Shown here: positions 37,948 through 46,124 of the stretch, piece by piece
How positions within the stretch are numbered: position 1 is the first letter of the stretch
How the letters are laid out: the number at the start of each line of letters is the position of its first letter
Origin: a virus
Lineage: Duplodnaviria > Caudoviricetes
Length of the DNA stretch: 53,953 nucleotides
Virus record (IMG/VR): IMGVR_UViG_3300005573_000115
Span: 1-53,953 of that record
Reading direction: 5' to 3' (one strand)
Program-made: the position numbers and the translations under genes
The notes under the pieces: model-generated
What the model was told of the DNA's origin: nothing
The model's input: only the letters and a program-made list of their open reading frames with translations
The model's database searches: none

Positions 37948-37952
37948 CAGAG

Positions 37953-38168
37953 ATGAAGGTGAGTTTGTTTAACCCCACCAGCGTCAAGACCGTCTTCTTC
38001 CCAGACCCAGAGATCTTCGCCGTCGTAAGGATGGAGAGTGATCGAGGATCAGTGGATGTGTTCATTGATTGTCCACAGTGGGAGGCCGCCGCTGAGATGT
38101 TGGAGAAGGCGGCGAGAGAGCTTCGTGCAGCCGCAGAGTCACATGCGGCGGAAGCGGTGGTCTCCTAG
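37953..38168 (+). CDS. Hypothetical protein
   Basis: ATG behind GGGAGGTG. Confidence 0.65.
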   Translation: MKVSLFNPTSVKTVFFPDPEIFAVVRMESDRGSVDVFIDCPQWEAAAEMLEKAARELRAAAESHAAEAVVS

Positions 38169-38298
38169 GTCTGACTGAGACGATGGTTTCGAGACAGGGA
38201 GGGGAGGACTTCGGTCCTCCCCTTTCTATTTAAGGAGGAGGTGATTCTAGAAACGCAGTCCCGTGACTGATACTTTTGGATGAGAGGAGCATGGTTGT

Positions 38299-38997
38299 GT
38301 GAGTCATTTTCTGACGGCGGTGATCTCCCGGTCGGGAAGCGAGGAGGAGACAAGAAACCTTCTCGCTCCGTTCGACGAGGGGATCGAGGTTGATCCCTAC
38401 GAGAAGCGATGCTGGTGCGTCGGATCCAAGGCACGTGCAGACGTGCTTGCGGAACTGGCGAAGACGATCGGCGTCTATGAGAATCTGGATGAGGCGTTCT
38501 GGAATTCTCATAGAGGGAAGATGGAGGAGGACCCTCTGTGGGCCTGTAGCACGGAAGCGCTACTGGAGCATCACAAATGGATGTCCGAGTTCGATCAGGC
38601 AAAGGAGCAGGCGCTTCTCCAGCATCCTCTGCGGAACGTCCCAGAAGCCGGATGCTCTCAGTGTCACGGGAGCGGAGTCTACGTGACGACCCAAAACCCA
38701 CGGAGCAAGTGGGACTGTTGGGAGATAGGAGGGCAGTTCAACGGGGAGATAACCGGACGACGGATCAGGCCGGACGTGGTTCGCATCGAGGACAACAGAG
38801 TCCCGGTTCCGATCATGCTGGAACTAGAGATCATTCCGTTCGCCCTGATCACGCCAGATGGAGAGTGGCACGAGAGAGGGTCCATGAGATGGTTCGGTCC
38901 GCCTCTCAATCTCAGAGACGACTGGCCGGACGAGGTGCGAAAAATCCTCTCGCAGCATCGAGAGTGCATCGCTGTGGGAGTGGACTGTCACATTTGA
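38299..38997 (+). CDS. Conserved phage protein with CxxCxGxG
   Basis: SHF..V, NPRSKWDCWEIGG, PFALITPDGEWHERG, VDCHI. Confidence 0.8.
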   Translation: MSHFLTAVISRSGSEEETRNLLAPFDEGIEVDPYEKRCWCVGSKARADVLAELAKTIGVYENLDEAFWNSHRGKMEEDPLWACSTEALLEHHKWMSEFDQAKEQALLQHPLRNVPEAGCSQCHGSGVYVTTQNPRSKWDCWEIGGQFNGEITGRRIRPDVVRIEDNRVPVPIMLELEIIPFALITPDGEWHERGSMRWFGPPLNLRDDWPDEVRKILSQHRECIAVGVDCHI

Positions 38998-39053
38998 GTG
39001 AGCGCCGCAAAGGAAGAGAGGATCATAGGGCACCACAAAAGGAGGAGATCGAG

Positions 39054-39560
39054 ATGCCCAAGTCCAAGTCCCAATTTGACCTTAGTGGAGCGCCGGAGGA
39101 CGTGGCGGCCTACTGCCGCCTCGCGTGGAAAAGGTCCTCACCGGCGGCGTATTCGATGTGGATTGATAGGATCCCGGAAATCATCCAGGCCCCTGCCCTC
39201 GCTGATGATCCCAATCGGCCTTATCGGATCGCCGACTGGGCGGTGAGGGAGGTGGCGGGAGTTAGGTGCGCGCCCATCATGGACGCGGCGACCGCACGGG
39301 CGGCCCGCGAAAAAGCAGACTACGCCGCCTCCTTCGCCCCTTCCGCCTCTGCCGAAGCCGTCTACACCGACGTCCGCTCCGCCGCCGCCCACGCCGCCGA
39401 CACATTTGCTACGCCCCCCGCCGCCGCCGCCGACATGTATGCTGCGTCCGTCGCCGCCTACAGAGCTGCCTCCTCTGCCGCTCACGCGGTGCGGCGCTCC
39501 CTGGAGCGTGACGCCCTCTTCCTGGAGGGCCTCGGCGTACTGCTAGGCCTTCCCGCCTGA
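39054..39560 (+). CDS. Ala-rich hypothetical protein, paralog A
   Basis: ATG behind GGAGGAG; aligns with 40296-40817 (PEDVAAYCR.AWK..PEI.QAP.LADDP.RP.RIADWA.R); TGA lies in ribozyme core. Confidence 0.75.
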   Translation: MPKSKSQFDLSGAPEDVAAYCRLAWKRSSPAAYSMWIDRIPEIIQAPALADDPNRPYRIADWAVREVAGVRCAPIMDAATARAAREKADYAASFAPSASAEAVYTDVRSAAAHAADTFATPPAAAADMYAASVAAYRAASSAAHAVRRSLERDALFLEGLGVLLGLPA

Positions 39561-39603
39561 CGAGGCCGGAAGGCCGAAACTCCCCGCAAGGGGAGTCGCG
39601 GGA
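39551..39603 (+). ncRNA. Type I hammerhead ribozyme
   Basis: TCCCGC-CTGACGA-GGCC(GGAA)GGCC-GAAA-CTCCCC(GCAA)GGGGAG-TC-GCGGGA: complete core, all three stems, GUC cleavage triplet 39595-39597. Confidence 0.92.
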
Positions 39604-39634
39604 TACCCGCAAGATTGAGGAGGAGGAGATCAGG

Positions 39635-40030
39635 ATGAAGTGTCAGCACCCTAGCATCCGAATCGTGCGGGAGGAGGCCTTCGTGGGCCCCTTGGGCGTC
39701 CTCGATGAAGAGCCTCGTGCTCACGGGGGAGTCCAAATTACTGAGCGGTGCGCCGACTGCGGAGCAGAACGCACCGTGAACGCAAATCAGGGGTTCCGCG
39801 AGGAAGGTCCCTGGGAGACGCAGGCGTACCGTCGCTTGGCGGACATTGGGGTCCACGTTCTGGGCGTCCAAGGTGGAATCGCCACCGTACAGTCGGGGCC
39901 GTTCCTCGAAAGGGTGACTGTGGCTTCCGTGCGGGCGGCTGCTCATCAGAGCGACGCCATGGCGGCTGCGATCTACCTCGATGTGATGGATCGCATCATG
40001 GAGCTGTCCGGTCCTCGAACGCGTCGGTAA
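39635..40030 (+). CDS. Hypothetical protein
   Basis: C.H...AHGGV...ERCADCGA.R..N.N...EEGPW; strong SD. Confidence 0.7.
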   Translation: MKCQHPSIRIVREEAFVGPLGVLDEEPRAHGGVQITERCADCGAERTVNANQGFREEGPWETQAYRRLADIGVHVLGVQGGIATVQSGPFLERVTVASVRAAAHQSDAMAAAIYLDVMDRIMELSGPRTRR

Positions 40031-40059
40031 ACGACAAGAAGAAGAAGGAGGAGATAGAT

Positions 40060-40272
40060 ATGATCCGTACCGAGTGCGCCGTGTGCTCCAGGGCCGGTCA
40101 GGACAACGCCGCCACACACATCGTGACATGGCACGATCCGCTCTTCCTGGGTGTATCCAGAGAAGAGCCAGTCTGTGGAGAGTGCGCACGGCAGGTTGGC
40201 GATCAGGGTACTGTGCGCCTTATGGGCGATTCCGGGGATGAGTGGGCAGGGGAGTCGCGGGATACCCGCTGA
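40060..40272 (+). CDS. Small zinc-binding protein
   Basis: CAVC...VCGEC; SD GGAGGAG. Confidence 0.6.
   Translation: MIRTECAVCSRAGQDNAATHIVTWHDPLFLGVSREEPVCGECARQVGDQGTVRLMGDSGDEWAGESRDTR
40248..40269 (+). repeat. 3' half of the hammerhead unit
   Basis: AGGGGAGTCGCGGGATACCCGC is identical to the two full copies. Confidence 0.85.
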
Positions 40273-40295
40273 TCCGAAAGAAGGAGGAGATCAGG

Positions 40296-40817
40296 ATGAC
40301 CCAGTTCCAGTATTCCGAACTTTACTTGAACTTGATTGGAGTGCCGGAGGACGTGGCGGCTTATTGTCGTCACGCGTGGAAAAAGTCCTCATCGGTGGCG
40401 CATTCTCGGTGGAAAGAGCGGAACCCGGAAATCGTCCAGGCTCCGAAGTTGGCCGATGATCCGGGGCGGCCCTTCCGCATTGCTGATTGGGCCATGAGGC
40501 GGGTGGCAATAGTCTTCTCTGCTCCCCCCATCGTAGACATACAGAGCGCATGGGCGGCCATCGAAGAAGCGAGATACAGAGGCTCCTTCGGCCTTTCCGC
40601 CCGGGGCGAAGCCGTCCACAGAGCTGCCTGCTCCGCCGCCGCCCACGCCGCCGACACATTTGCTACGCCCCCCGCCGCCGCCGCCGACATGTATGCTGCG
40701 TCCGTCGCCGCCTACAAAGCTGCCTCCTGCGCCGCTCAAGCGGTGCGGAGCGGACCGAAGCGTGATGCCCTTTTGTTGGATGGCCTCAATGTACTGCTAA
40801 ACTCACGCCACGCCTGA
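40296..40817 (+). CDS. Ala-rich hypothetical protein, paralog B
   Basis: Paralog of 39054-39560; TGA lies in ribozyme core. Confidence 0.75.
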   Translation: MTQFQYSELYLNLIGVPEDVAAYCRHAWKKSSSVAHSRWKERNPEIVQAPKLADDPGRPFRIADWAMRRVAIVFSAPPIVDIQSAWAAIEEARYRGSFGLSARGEAVHRAACSAAAHAADTFATPPAAAADMYAASVAAYKAASCAAQAVRSGPKRDALLLDGLNVLLNSRHA

Positions 40818-40860
40818 CGAGCCCGGAAGGGCGAAACTCCCCGCAAGGGGAGTCGCGGGA
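40809..40860 (+). ncRNA. Type I hammerhead ribozyme, second copy (short stem I)
   Basis: CGC-CTGACGA-GCCC(GGAA)GGGC-GAAA-CTCCCC(GCAA)GGGGAG-TC-GCG; compensatory stem II change; GUC 40852-40854. Confidence 0.85.
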
Positions 40861-40883
40861 TACCCGCAAAGGAGGAGATCAAA

Positions 40884-41552
40884 ATGTCCAATTTCCAGTC
40901 CCAGCCGCTACTTGCATGGCACTTTCTACGAAAAGGCGGCGTCACACGCGACGGGCAAACCGTCACGGTGGGGAGCCGTATGCACGTGAACCCCCCTGTG
41001 ATCATGGGCGAGCGCGAGCTTCACGCATCACTCAGGCTGCTCGACGCCCTGCGCTACACGTCGTTTAGTCCAGTCGCGTGCCGAGTTCGCATGAGTGGCG
41101 AGATCATCAAGGGATCAGACAAAATCGTCGCCACCGACCGAGAGGTGCTGGCAATGGTGGACGCGACCAAAATTCTCCATGAGTTTGCCTGCGTGGTGGC
41201 GGAGGAAGCCCTGCAAAAGGCGGGGGTTACTGACAAACGCTCTTGGAATGTCATCGCTTTGAAAAGGCGTTGGCTGTCTGGCGATGATAATGACAGGGAA
41301 TTCTCAGCGGCTAAGGCGGCGGCTAGGGAGGCGGCTGAGGCGGATTGGCGGGTGGATAGGAAAGCTAGCGCGTCTAGGGCGGCTAAGGCGGCGGCTAAGG
41401 CGGCGGTTTGGGCGGCGGATTTGGCGGCTGAGTCGGCGGCTTTTGAGGCGGTCAGCTCGGTTTTGGAGGGGTTTCGGGGGGAGGAGTTTGAGGCAGAACG
41501 TTCTCGCCTCAACGACATTCTCACGCGGATGGTCGAGGAGGCGCTGTTGTGA
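40884..41552 (+). CDS. Conserved phage protein with Ala-rich helical C-terminus
   Basis: LAWHF, LHAS..LDALRY, ILHEFAC, KRRWL.G. Confidence 0.75.
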   Translation: MSNFQSQPLLAWHFLRKGGVTRDGQTVTVGSRMHVNPPVIMGERELHASLRLLDALRYTSFSPVACRVRMSGEIIKGSDKIVATDREVLAMVDATKILHEFACVVAEEALQKAGVTDKRSWNVIALKRRWLSGDDNDREFSAAKAAAREAAEADWRVDRKASASRAAKAAAKAAVWAADLAAESAAFEAVSSVLEGFRGEEFEAERSRLNDILTRMVEEALL

Positions 41553-41986
41553 GGCGTGCCTTTTTCGTCCGACGGGAACCTTCCGTTGACGCCGCCCAAG
41601 CGTCACTGGAACGGGGGCGTAGCGTGCGCTCTTGGAGTGCGTATGGAATGTGTGCCCACGTCCTGCAAGACTGGGCGGAGGACGGCCTTGTGCCGCCCCT
41701 CTGTGAGGCGGAGGAAGTCCCGCCCCTGAGCGGGGATAACGACCGCCGCTGTGCGAGATGTAGGCTTGAGGATGCTCCGGCCTACGCGCACTTCCTGCCC
41801 GGCCTTTGCGCCATCGCCGAGGGCGACGATGCAGATGAGGCCCTAGAGATGGGCATCCGAGGGTCTACTTACGACTGGCTCCCAGTGCTGGCTCTTTTCG
41901 AGGGCGAGGAGGTGGGCACGGATCCTGACGAAGGATGGACCTTGTTTCGGCCTACGCGTCTCTTGTGGGCACGCGAGTATGAGTGA
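41549..41986 (+). CDS. Hypothetical protein
   Basis: GTGA overlap; GLCA, LFEG..VG.DPDEG..LFRP. Confidence 0.6.
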   Translation: MRRAFFVRREPSVDAAQASLERGRSVRSWSAYGMCAHVLQDWAEDGLVPPLCEAEEVPPLSGDNDRRCARCRLEDAPAYAHFLPGLCAIAEGDDADEALEMGIRGSTYDWLPVLALFEGEEVGTDPDEGWTLFRPTRLLWAREYE

Positions 41987-41998
41987 CAGATTCCGTGA

Positions 41999-42043
41999 AG
42001 CGCCTCCTGTGAGACATCCGGAGGCGCTCTTTTTTTGGGGAGG
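41999..42043 (+). terminator. Hairpin + U-tract + SD unit
   Basis: AGCGCCTCC/GGAGGCGCT, T7, GGGGAGG. Confidence 0.7.
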
Positions 42044-42077
42044 CGATAGGTGATAGAGTGAAGATGGAACAGGTTCT

Positions 42078-43232
42078 GTGCCATCCAGTTTCGGATCAAA
42101 AGAGTCAAAGGAGGTTCCACCATTGTCAGTTTCTGTTGCCGAAGTGCCCATCGCCGTGGAGGCGTCTGCTTTGAGAAAGGCGCTGGACGCCCTGAAGCCC
42201 CTTGTCGATAGCCGCACCTACATTGACGAGATGGAGTGCATCCTCATCAAGTCGAACGAGAATCGCACCGCTCTGAGCCTGAGCGCCACGAACGGGGACT
42301 GTGGAGCCACCATCACAATTCCGGCCCGTGTCTCAAAGGACATCGAGGTGCTGGTGACAGCAGAGCAGTTCCGATCCGTCATCCCCAAGACCGGGGGCGT
42401 GATGATTCGTACCCTCGAAGACGCTCTGGAGGTGTTGAACGATCTTGGTACCTTCCAGTGCAAAACTAAGGCCCCGGAGGGGACCTTCTGGAAACAGCCC
42501 GAGTGTGATACACCTCCTTCCATGACGATCCGCTCTGAGGAGTGGGATCGCATCGGGAAGATCACCCAACGCTATCAGCAGAGCAGGAAGGAGTATGCGC
42601 TTCCGGTGCTGGCGGGTGTTCACGTCGTCGTCGAAAACGGTCAGGTACACGTCGAGGCCAGCGACAATTTCCGACTCGTCAGCATTCTGGCAGGAGCCGA
42701 GGAGGTTGCGAAGACTCCGGGCAGGATCGACAAGGTGGTCTCGGATTGGAGCCGTCTCACAAAGGTGATCATGCATGGGGGCGAGACGGCGACGGTCTTC
42801 CTGACGGATCATCACATGATCGTCAGAACGGAAGGCAGCACCGCCTGGAGCGTCTACAGGGAAGGAGTCTTCCCGCAGAGCGAGCGACTGTTTGACAAGC
42901 CCTACGAGAGCAGAGGAGTGGTGCCGGACGCCGTTCGGAAGAACGCGTTGAAGAAGCTTCGTCTCACGAAGGCGTTCGTGGAGGATCGCAAGCACCCCAA
43001 GGTCTGCGTCCGTGTGGCGGACGGCGACATCGCGGTGTCGGTCGAAGATGTCGCGAAGGAGCAGTTCGAGAGCGAGGGATGGATCTGCCTGAATCCCAAT
43101 TTCCTGGCGGACGCCCTGGAATCCCTGGACAATCTGGAGTGGAGTCAGATAGGACCCACCAGCCCGATCCAAATCACCTCCGGTTCGGTGAAGGCGCTTG
43201 TTCTCCCGATTAAGCCCTTCTGGATGGCGTAG
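42078..43232 (+). CDS. dnaN: DNA polymerase III beta sliding clamp-like protein
   Basis: LSATN, PVLAGVH, EASDNFRL, GVFP, LNPNFLADAL, SPIQI, ALVLPIK. Confidence 0.75.
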   Translation: MPSSFGSKESKEVPPLSVSVAEVPIAVEASALRKALDALKPLVDSRTYIDEMECILIKSNENRTALSLSATNGDCGATITIPARVSKDIEVLVTAEQFRSVIPKTGGVMIRTLEDALEVLNDLGTFQCKTKAPEGTFWKQPECDTPPSMTIRSEEWDRIGKITQRYQQSRKEYALPVLAGVHVVVENGQVHVEASDNFRLVSILAGAEEVAKTPGRIDKVVSDWSRLTKVIMHGGETATVFLTDHHMIVRTEGSTAWSVYREGVFPQSERLFDKPYESRGVVPDAVRKNALKKLRLTKAFVEDRKHPKVCVRVADGDIAVSVEDVAKEQFESEGWICLNPNFLADALESLDNLEWSQIGPTSPIQITSGSVKALVLPIKPFWMA

Positions 43233-43295
43233 ACAACTCTATGGATTCCCCCTCTAGGTTCAGAGGGGGAGTTCACTTTTCGGAGAGGAGGCGAC

Positions 43296-43505
43296 GTGAT
43301 GATTTGTGACATCTGCGGCGAGTCTATCAGAGATACGGTCTATACCATTGAATCGTCAGAGTACCGTGGGCAGTTCTGGGGATCTCCCGCATACGAGACT
43401 ATGGTGTACCGAGTCTGCGGGGAGTGCGCTGACTACGGATATGTCATCGACGAGGAGTCACTCGAAGACGAGGAAGACGAGGATCTCGAAGACGAGGAGA
43501 TGTGA
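43296..43505 (+). CDS. Small zinc-binding acidic protein
   Basis: CDIC..EYRGQFWGSPAYE..CGEC; SD GAGGAGG. Confidence 0.65.
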   Translation: MMICDICGESIRDTVYTIESSEYRGQFWGSPAYETMVYRVCGECADYGYVIDEESLEDEEDEDLEDEEM

Positions 43506-43507
43506 GA

Positions 43508-43962
43508 TGGCTCACCTGCCCGTCCGATACACGAGACTTGTGCATCATTGGGCTGACCCGCCTCGCTACACCCGAATCTACGGAAGTCTGGAGGAGCTGC
43601 GCCAGAGGCGTGAGGCTCTCCTTGAGATTCTCCGGGACAGCGGCGCTCCCGATGTCATCCTCCAAGCGCTGGTAGTCGTGGAGCGGGAAGGGCATCCGCC
43701 CTTCCTGTTCTGCCCCACCGGCAAGGGCGTGAGGGACCCGATCCAGCCGCCCGATCCTGTGCCTGATGGCGACGGGTTTCTGTGCCCGAGCGACGGACAG
43801 CACCTGGGTAGGGTCGGGAGGAGGTCCTTCCACTGTCATCTGTGCCGCCGACTGTATGTGCAAGGGTCCGATGGATGGGAGGTCCCCCAAGGAGACCGAA
43901 GAAGACAGTCGCTGGAGCGAATTGAGGTTGAGAAGGTTCTACGCAGGGAGACTTCGTTGTAG
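43508..43962 (+). CDS. Hypothetical Cys-containing protein (start approximate)
   Basis: MAHLPVRY.. behind GAGGAG; CP..CP..CHLC. Confidence 0.55.
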
Positions 43963-43985
43963 TAGAATCAGGATGACCAAGGGAG

Positions 43986-44534
43986 GTGGAGCGGATGAAG
44001 ATTGTGAAGAAATCCTATCTTCTTCTGCCCGAGGACGTATGGCCCTTCGGGGAGAGACGCTGCCTCCCGATCATCCATCCTCTAACGATACGATCTCGTG
44101 TGGATATGACTCTGCCCGATTTCATACTGATTTGGCTCTCCGTCCGACTCGGAGCCAACAAGTACGATCGGGGGTTTGTTACTCACGACGGATCGTGGGT
44201 TGTTGAAGAGGAGATAACCGAGGGAGATATTCTAGATGGGTGTTGGGAGAGTGTTGATGATCCTGGGGAAAAGAGCCTGTACCGAGCCGAATTTCAGGTG
44301 GAGGGCAAAGACCTTACACAGTCCTACGTCTGCCTTCGGCGTCTGTTCCCGAGCGAAGCGAAGATGCTCCTGGAATCCCAAGATGGGGACAGGTTTCTGA
44401 AAGAGATGGGCTTGGCAGAGCTGGGCATCCTCTCCACTTTCGAGCGGATGGACCCTGACAAGAGGTTTCGGCTGATTCTGGCGCTGAATCGCGTCTACCG
44501 TCCCAACCATCTAGACCAGTCCAACAAGAATTGA
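43986..44534 (+). CDS. Hypothetical protein
   Basis: 182 aa, SD GGGAGG. Confidence 0.6.
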   Translation: MERMKIVKKSYLLLPEDVWPFGERRCLPIIHPLTIRSRVDMTLPDFILIWLSVRLGANKYDRGFVTHDGSWVVEEEITEGDILDGCWESVDDPGEKSLYRAEFQVEGKDLTQSYVCLRRLFPSEAKMLLESQDGDRFLKEMGLAELGILSTFERMDPDKRFRLILALNRVYRPNHLDQSNKN

Positions 44535-44553
44535 GCATGGGGAGGTTCCGAGG

Positions 44554-45687
44554 ATGAACATTGATGACAGAGCGACAGTCACGATCTCGGAGGCGAAGGA
44601 GGTGCTTCGCAAAGTAGCGATTCAGGAGCCCGAAATCTCGGTGGCGCTGTGGTCTCTTCCCGGCATCGGCAAGACGGCGATCTGCCATCAGGTGATCGAG
44701 GAGGCAAATCGGGAACTGCCGGAGGACAAGAGGTTCAAAGGGCTGCTGGACATCCGCCTCGTCTCGCACAACCCCGTCGATCTTGCGGGGATCCCCCGCT
44801 TCGTGCAGGACGGAGACAGCGAGTTCGTTCGGTGGACGCCTACGGAGATGTTTTATAACCTGTCGAAGGACCGGTACCTCGTTCTGCTGGACGAACTCAC
44901 GACCGCACCGGCGGCCTCGATGAACGCGGGTCTGGAGATCGTCTGGGAGCGCAAGTCAGGACCGATCAGATTCCGCGACGACACGGTGATCGTGGCGGCG
45001 GCAAACCCCATTGAGTCCCTGGCCGCCGTCTCTCGTCTGACAGCGCCGCTCGCCAATCGGTTCGCTCTTCACCTCACCATTCGCCCGGACGTGGACGCCT
45101 TTGCAGAATACGCCCTCGCCAACGGACTGCACCCGTCCATCTCCTCCTATCTGCGATTCCGGCCGGAGCATCTCCTGAAGATGCCGGACGCCAAGGGGGA
45201 CATCCAGGGATGGCCATCGCCCCGCTCCTGGGAGTCTCTCTCGAAGATCCTGTTGCTCTACGGAATCCGCCCTGGGGACAAGGCACCTCTGGATCTGGTT
45301 CAGGGGGCGGTCGGCAACGAGACGGGGCGCGAGTTCTGCGCCTTCAACTCGATCACCGGACTTTCCTCGTGGGCGGACGCCATCGCCAAGCAGGGTGTGT
45401 CGGCGGGAGTCGTGACATCGGATCCGGGGGCGCTCTACGCCCTGGAGGGGGTGCTGGCTCCCACGTACACGCAGAAACTGCCGGAGAAGGAATCGGACCA
45501 CATCGCGGAGTGGGTGTTGGAGCACCTGAACATCGCTCTCCAGACCCTGTTCTTCCGGGACGTGACCATTCTGACGAAGGACGATGGGGAGAAGCGCAGA
45601 CAGGTGATCATGAGCGCTCCGTTCACCCAATGGGCGCAAGAGCACCGGGAAGCTTTGCTTCGGTTCGAGGGGAGTAGCTCGAAATGA
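44554..45687 (+). CDS. MoxR-type AAA+ ATPase
   Basis: LPGIGKT, DIRL...PVDLAGIP, LLDEL, AAN, PLANRF, PSPRSWE. Confidence 0.9.
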   Translation: MNIDDRATVTISEAKEVLRKVAIQEPEISVALWSLPGIGKTAICHQVIEEANRELPEDKRFKGLLDIRLVSHNPVDLAGIPRFVQDGDSEFVRWTPTEMFYNLSKDRYLVLLDELTTAPAASMNAGLEIVWERKSGPIRFRDDTVIVAAANPIESLAAVSRLTAPLANRFALHLTIRPDVDAFAEYALANGLHPSISSYLRFRPEHLLKMPDAKGDIQGWPSPRSWESLSKILLLYGIRPGDKAPLDLVQGAVGNETGREFCAFNSITGLSSWADAIAKQGVSAGVVTSDPGALYALEGVLAPTYTQKLPEKESDHIAEWVLEHLNIALQTLFFRDVTILTKDDGEKRRQVIMSAPFTQWAQEHREALLRFEGSSSK

Positions 45688-46124
45688 GTGTTCTTGTCTG
45701 CCTCCCCGAAGACATCGGAGGAGGATGGTGGGATGAGGGGCAGGGAGTGGCGTTTCGGGACTGGCAGTCTATGGAGGGCTTCGACGACGCCATTTCAATG
45801 CTGAACATCCCGTGGGTGGTGCCCCTTCGTCGGTCATCGCTGGGGGCTTACAGGGGCGATGTGGACACATGGCTCTATCGGCTTCGGCTCTACATCCGTC
45901 AGGCGGACAACTTTCTGGAGGACGTGAGCCAGCCGCCGCCCTGGAGAGCCGTCTCACAGATCAGCGACAGCCGTGCCAGAGCGGAGTACGTGCTCTACAG
46001 CAAGATCGGCGAGCTGCAGGACTTCTCCCGCAGTCTGATCCGCCAGCGCCGATGCGATTTCGTCTACTTCGACACAGCGCTCAGATCCTCTCGGGGAGTG
46101 ATTGAGATGAGAAGGCATGCCTAA
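45684..46124 (+). CDS. Hypothetical protein
   Basis: 146 aa between MoxR and VWA genes, overlapping both. Confidence 0.6.
   Translation: MSVLVCLPEDIGGGWWDEGQGVAFRDWQSMEGFDDAISMLNIPWVVPLRRSSLGAYRGDVDTWLYRLRLYIRQADNFLEDVSQPPPWRAVSQISDSRARAEYVLYSKIGELQDFSRSLIRQRRCDFVYFDTALRSSRGVIEMRRHA

Noticed and set aside
34628-38244. Integron attC cassette array
   Set aside because: No conserved RYYYAAC/GTTRRRY boxes seen and no tyrosine integrase in the window
38577-39053. N-terminal extension of the 327-aa ORF
   Set aside because: Overlaps the conserved 38299-38997 gene; SD and paralog alignment place the start at 39054
40248-40280. Type III hammerhead formed from GUC + hairpin + CUGAUCCGAAA
   Set aside because: Core lacks CUGANGA and stem II, and stem III has no partner
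39054-40817. DGR template/variable repeat pair
   Set aside because: Differences are not adenine-specific, both copies are coding, and no reverse transcriptase is present
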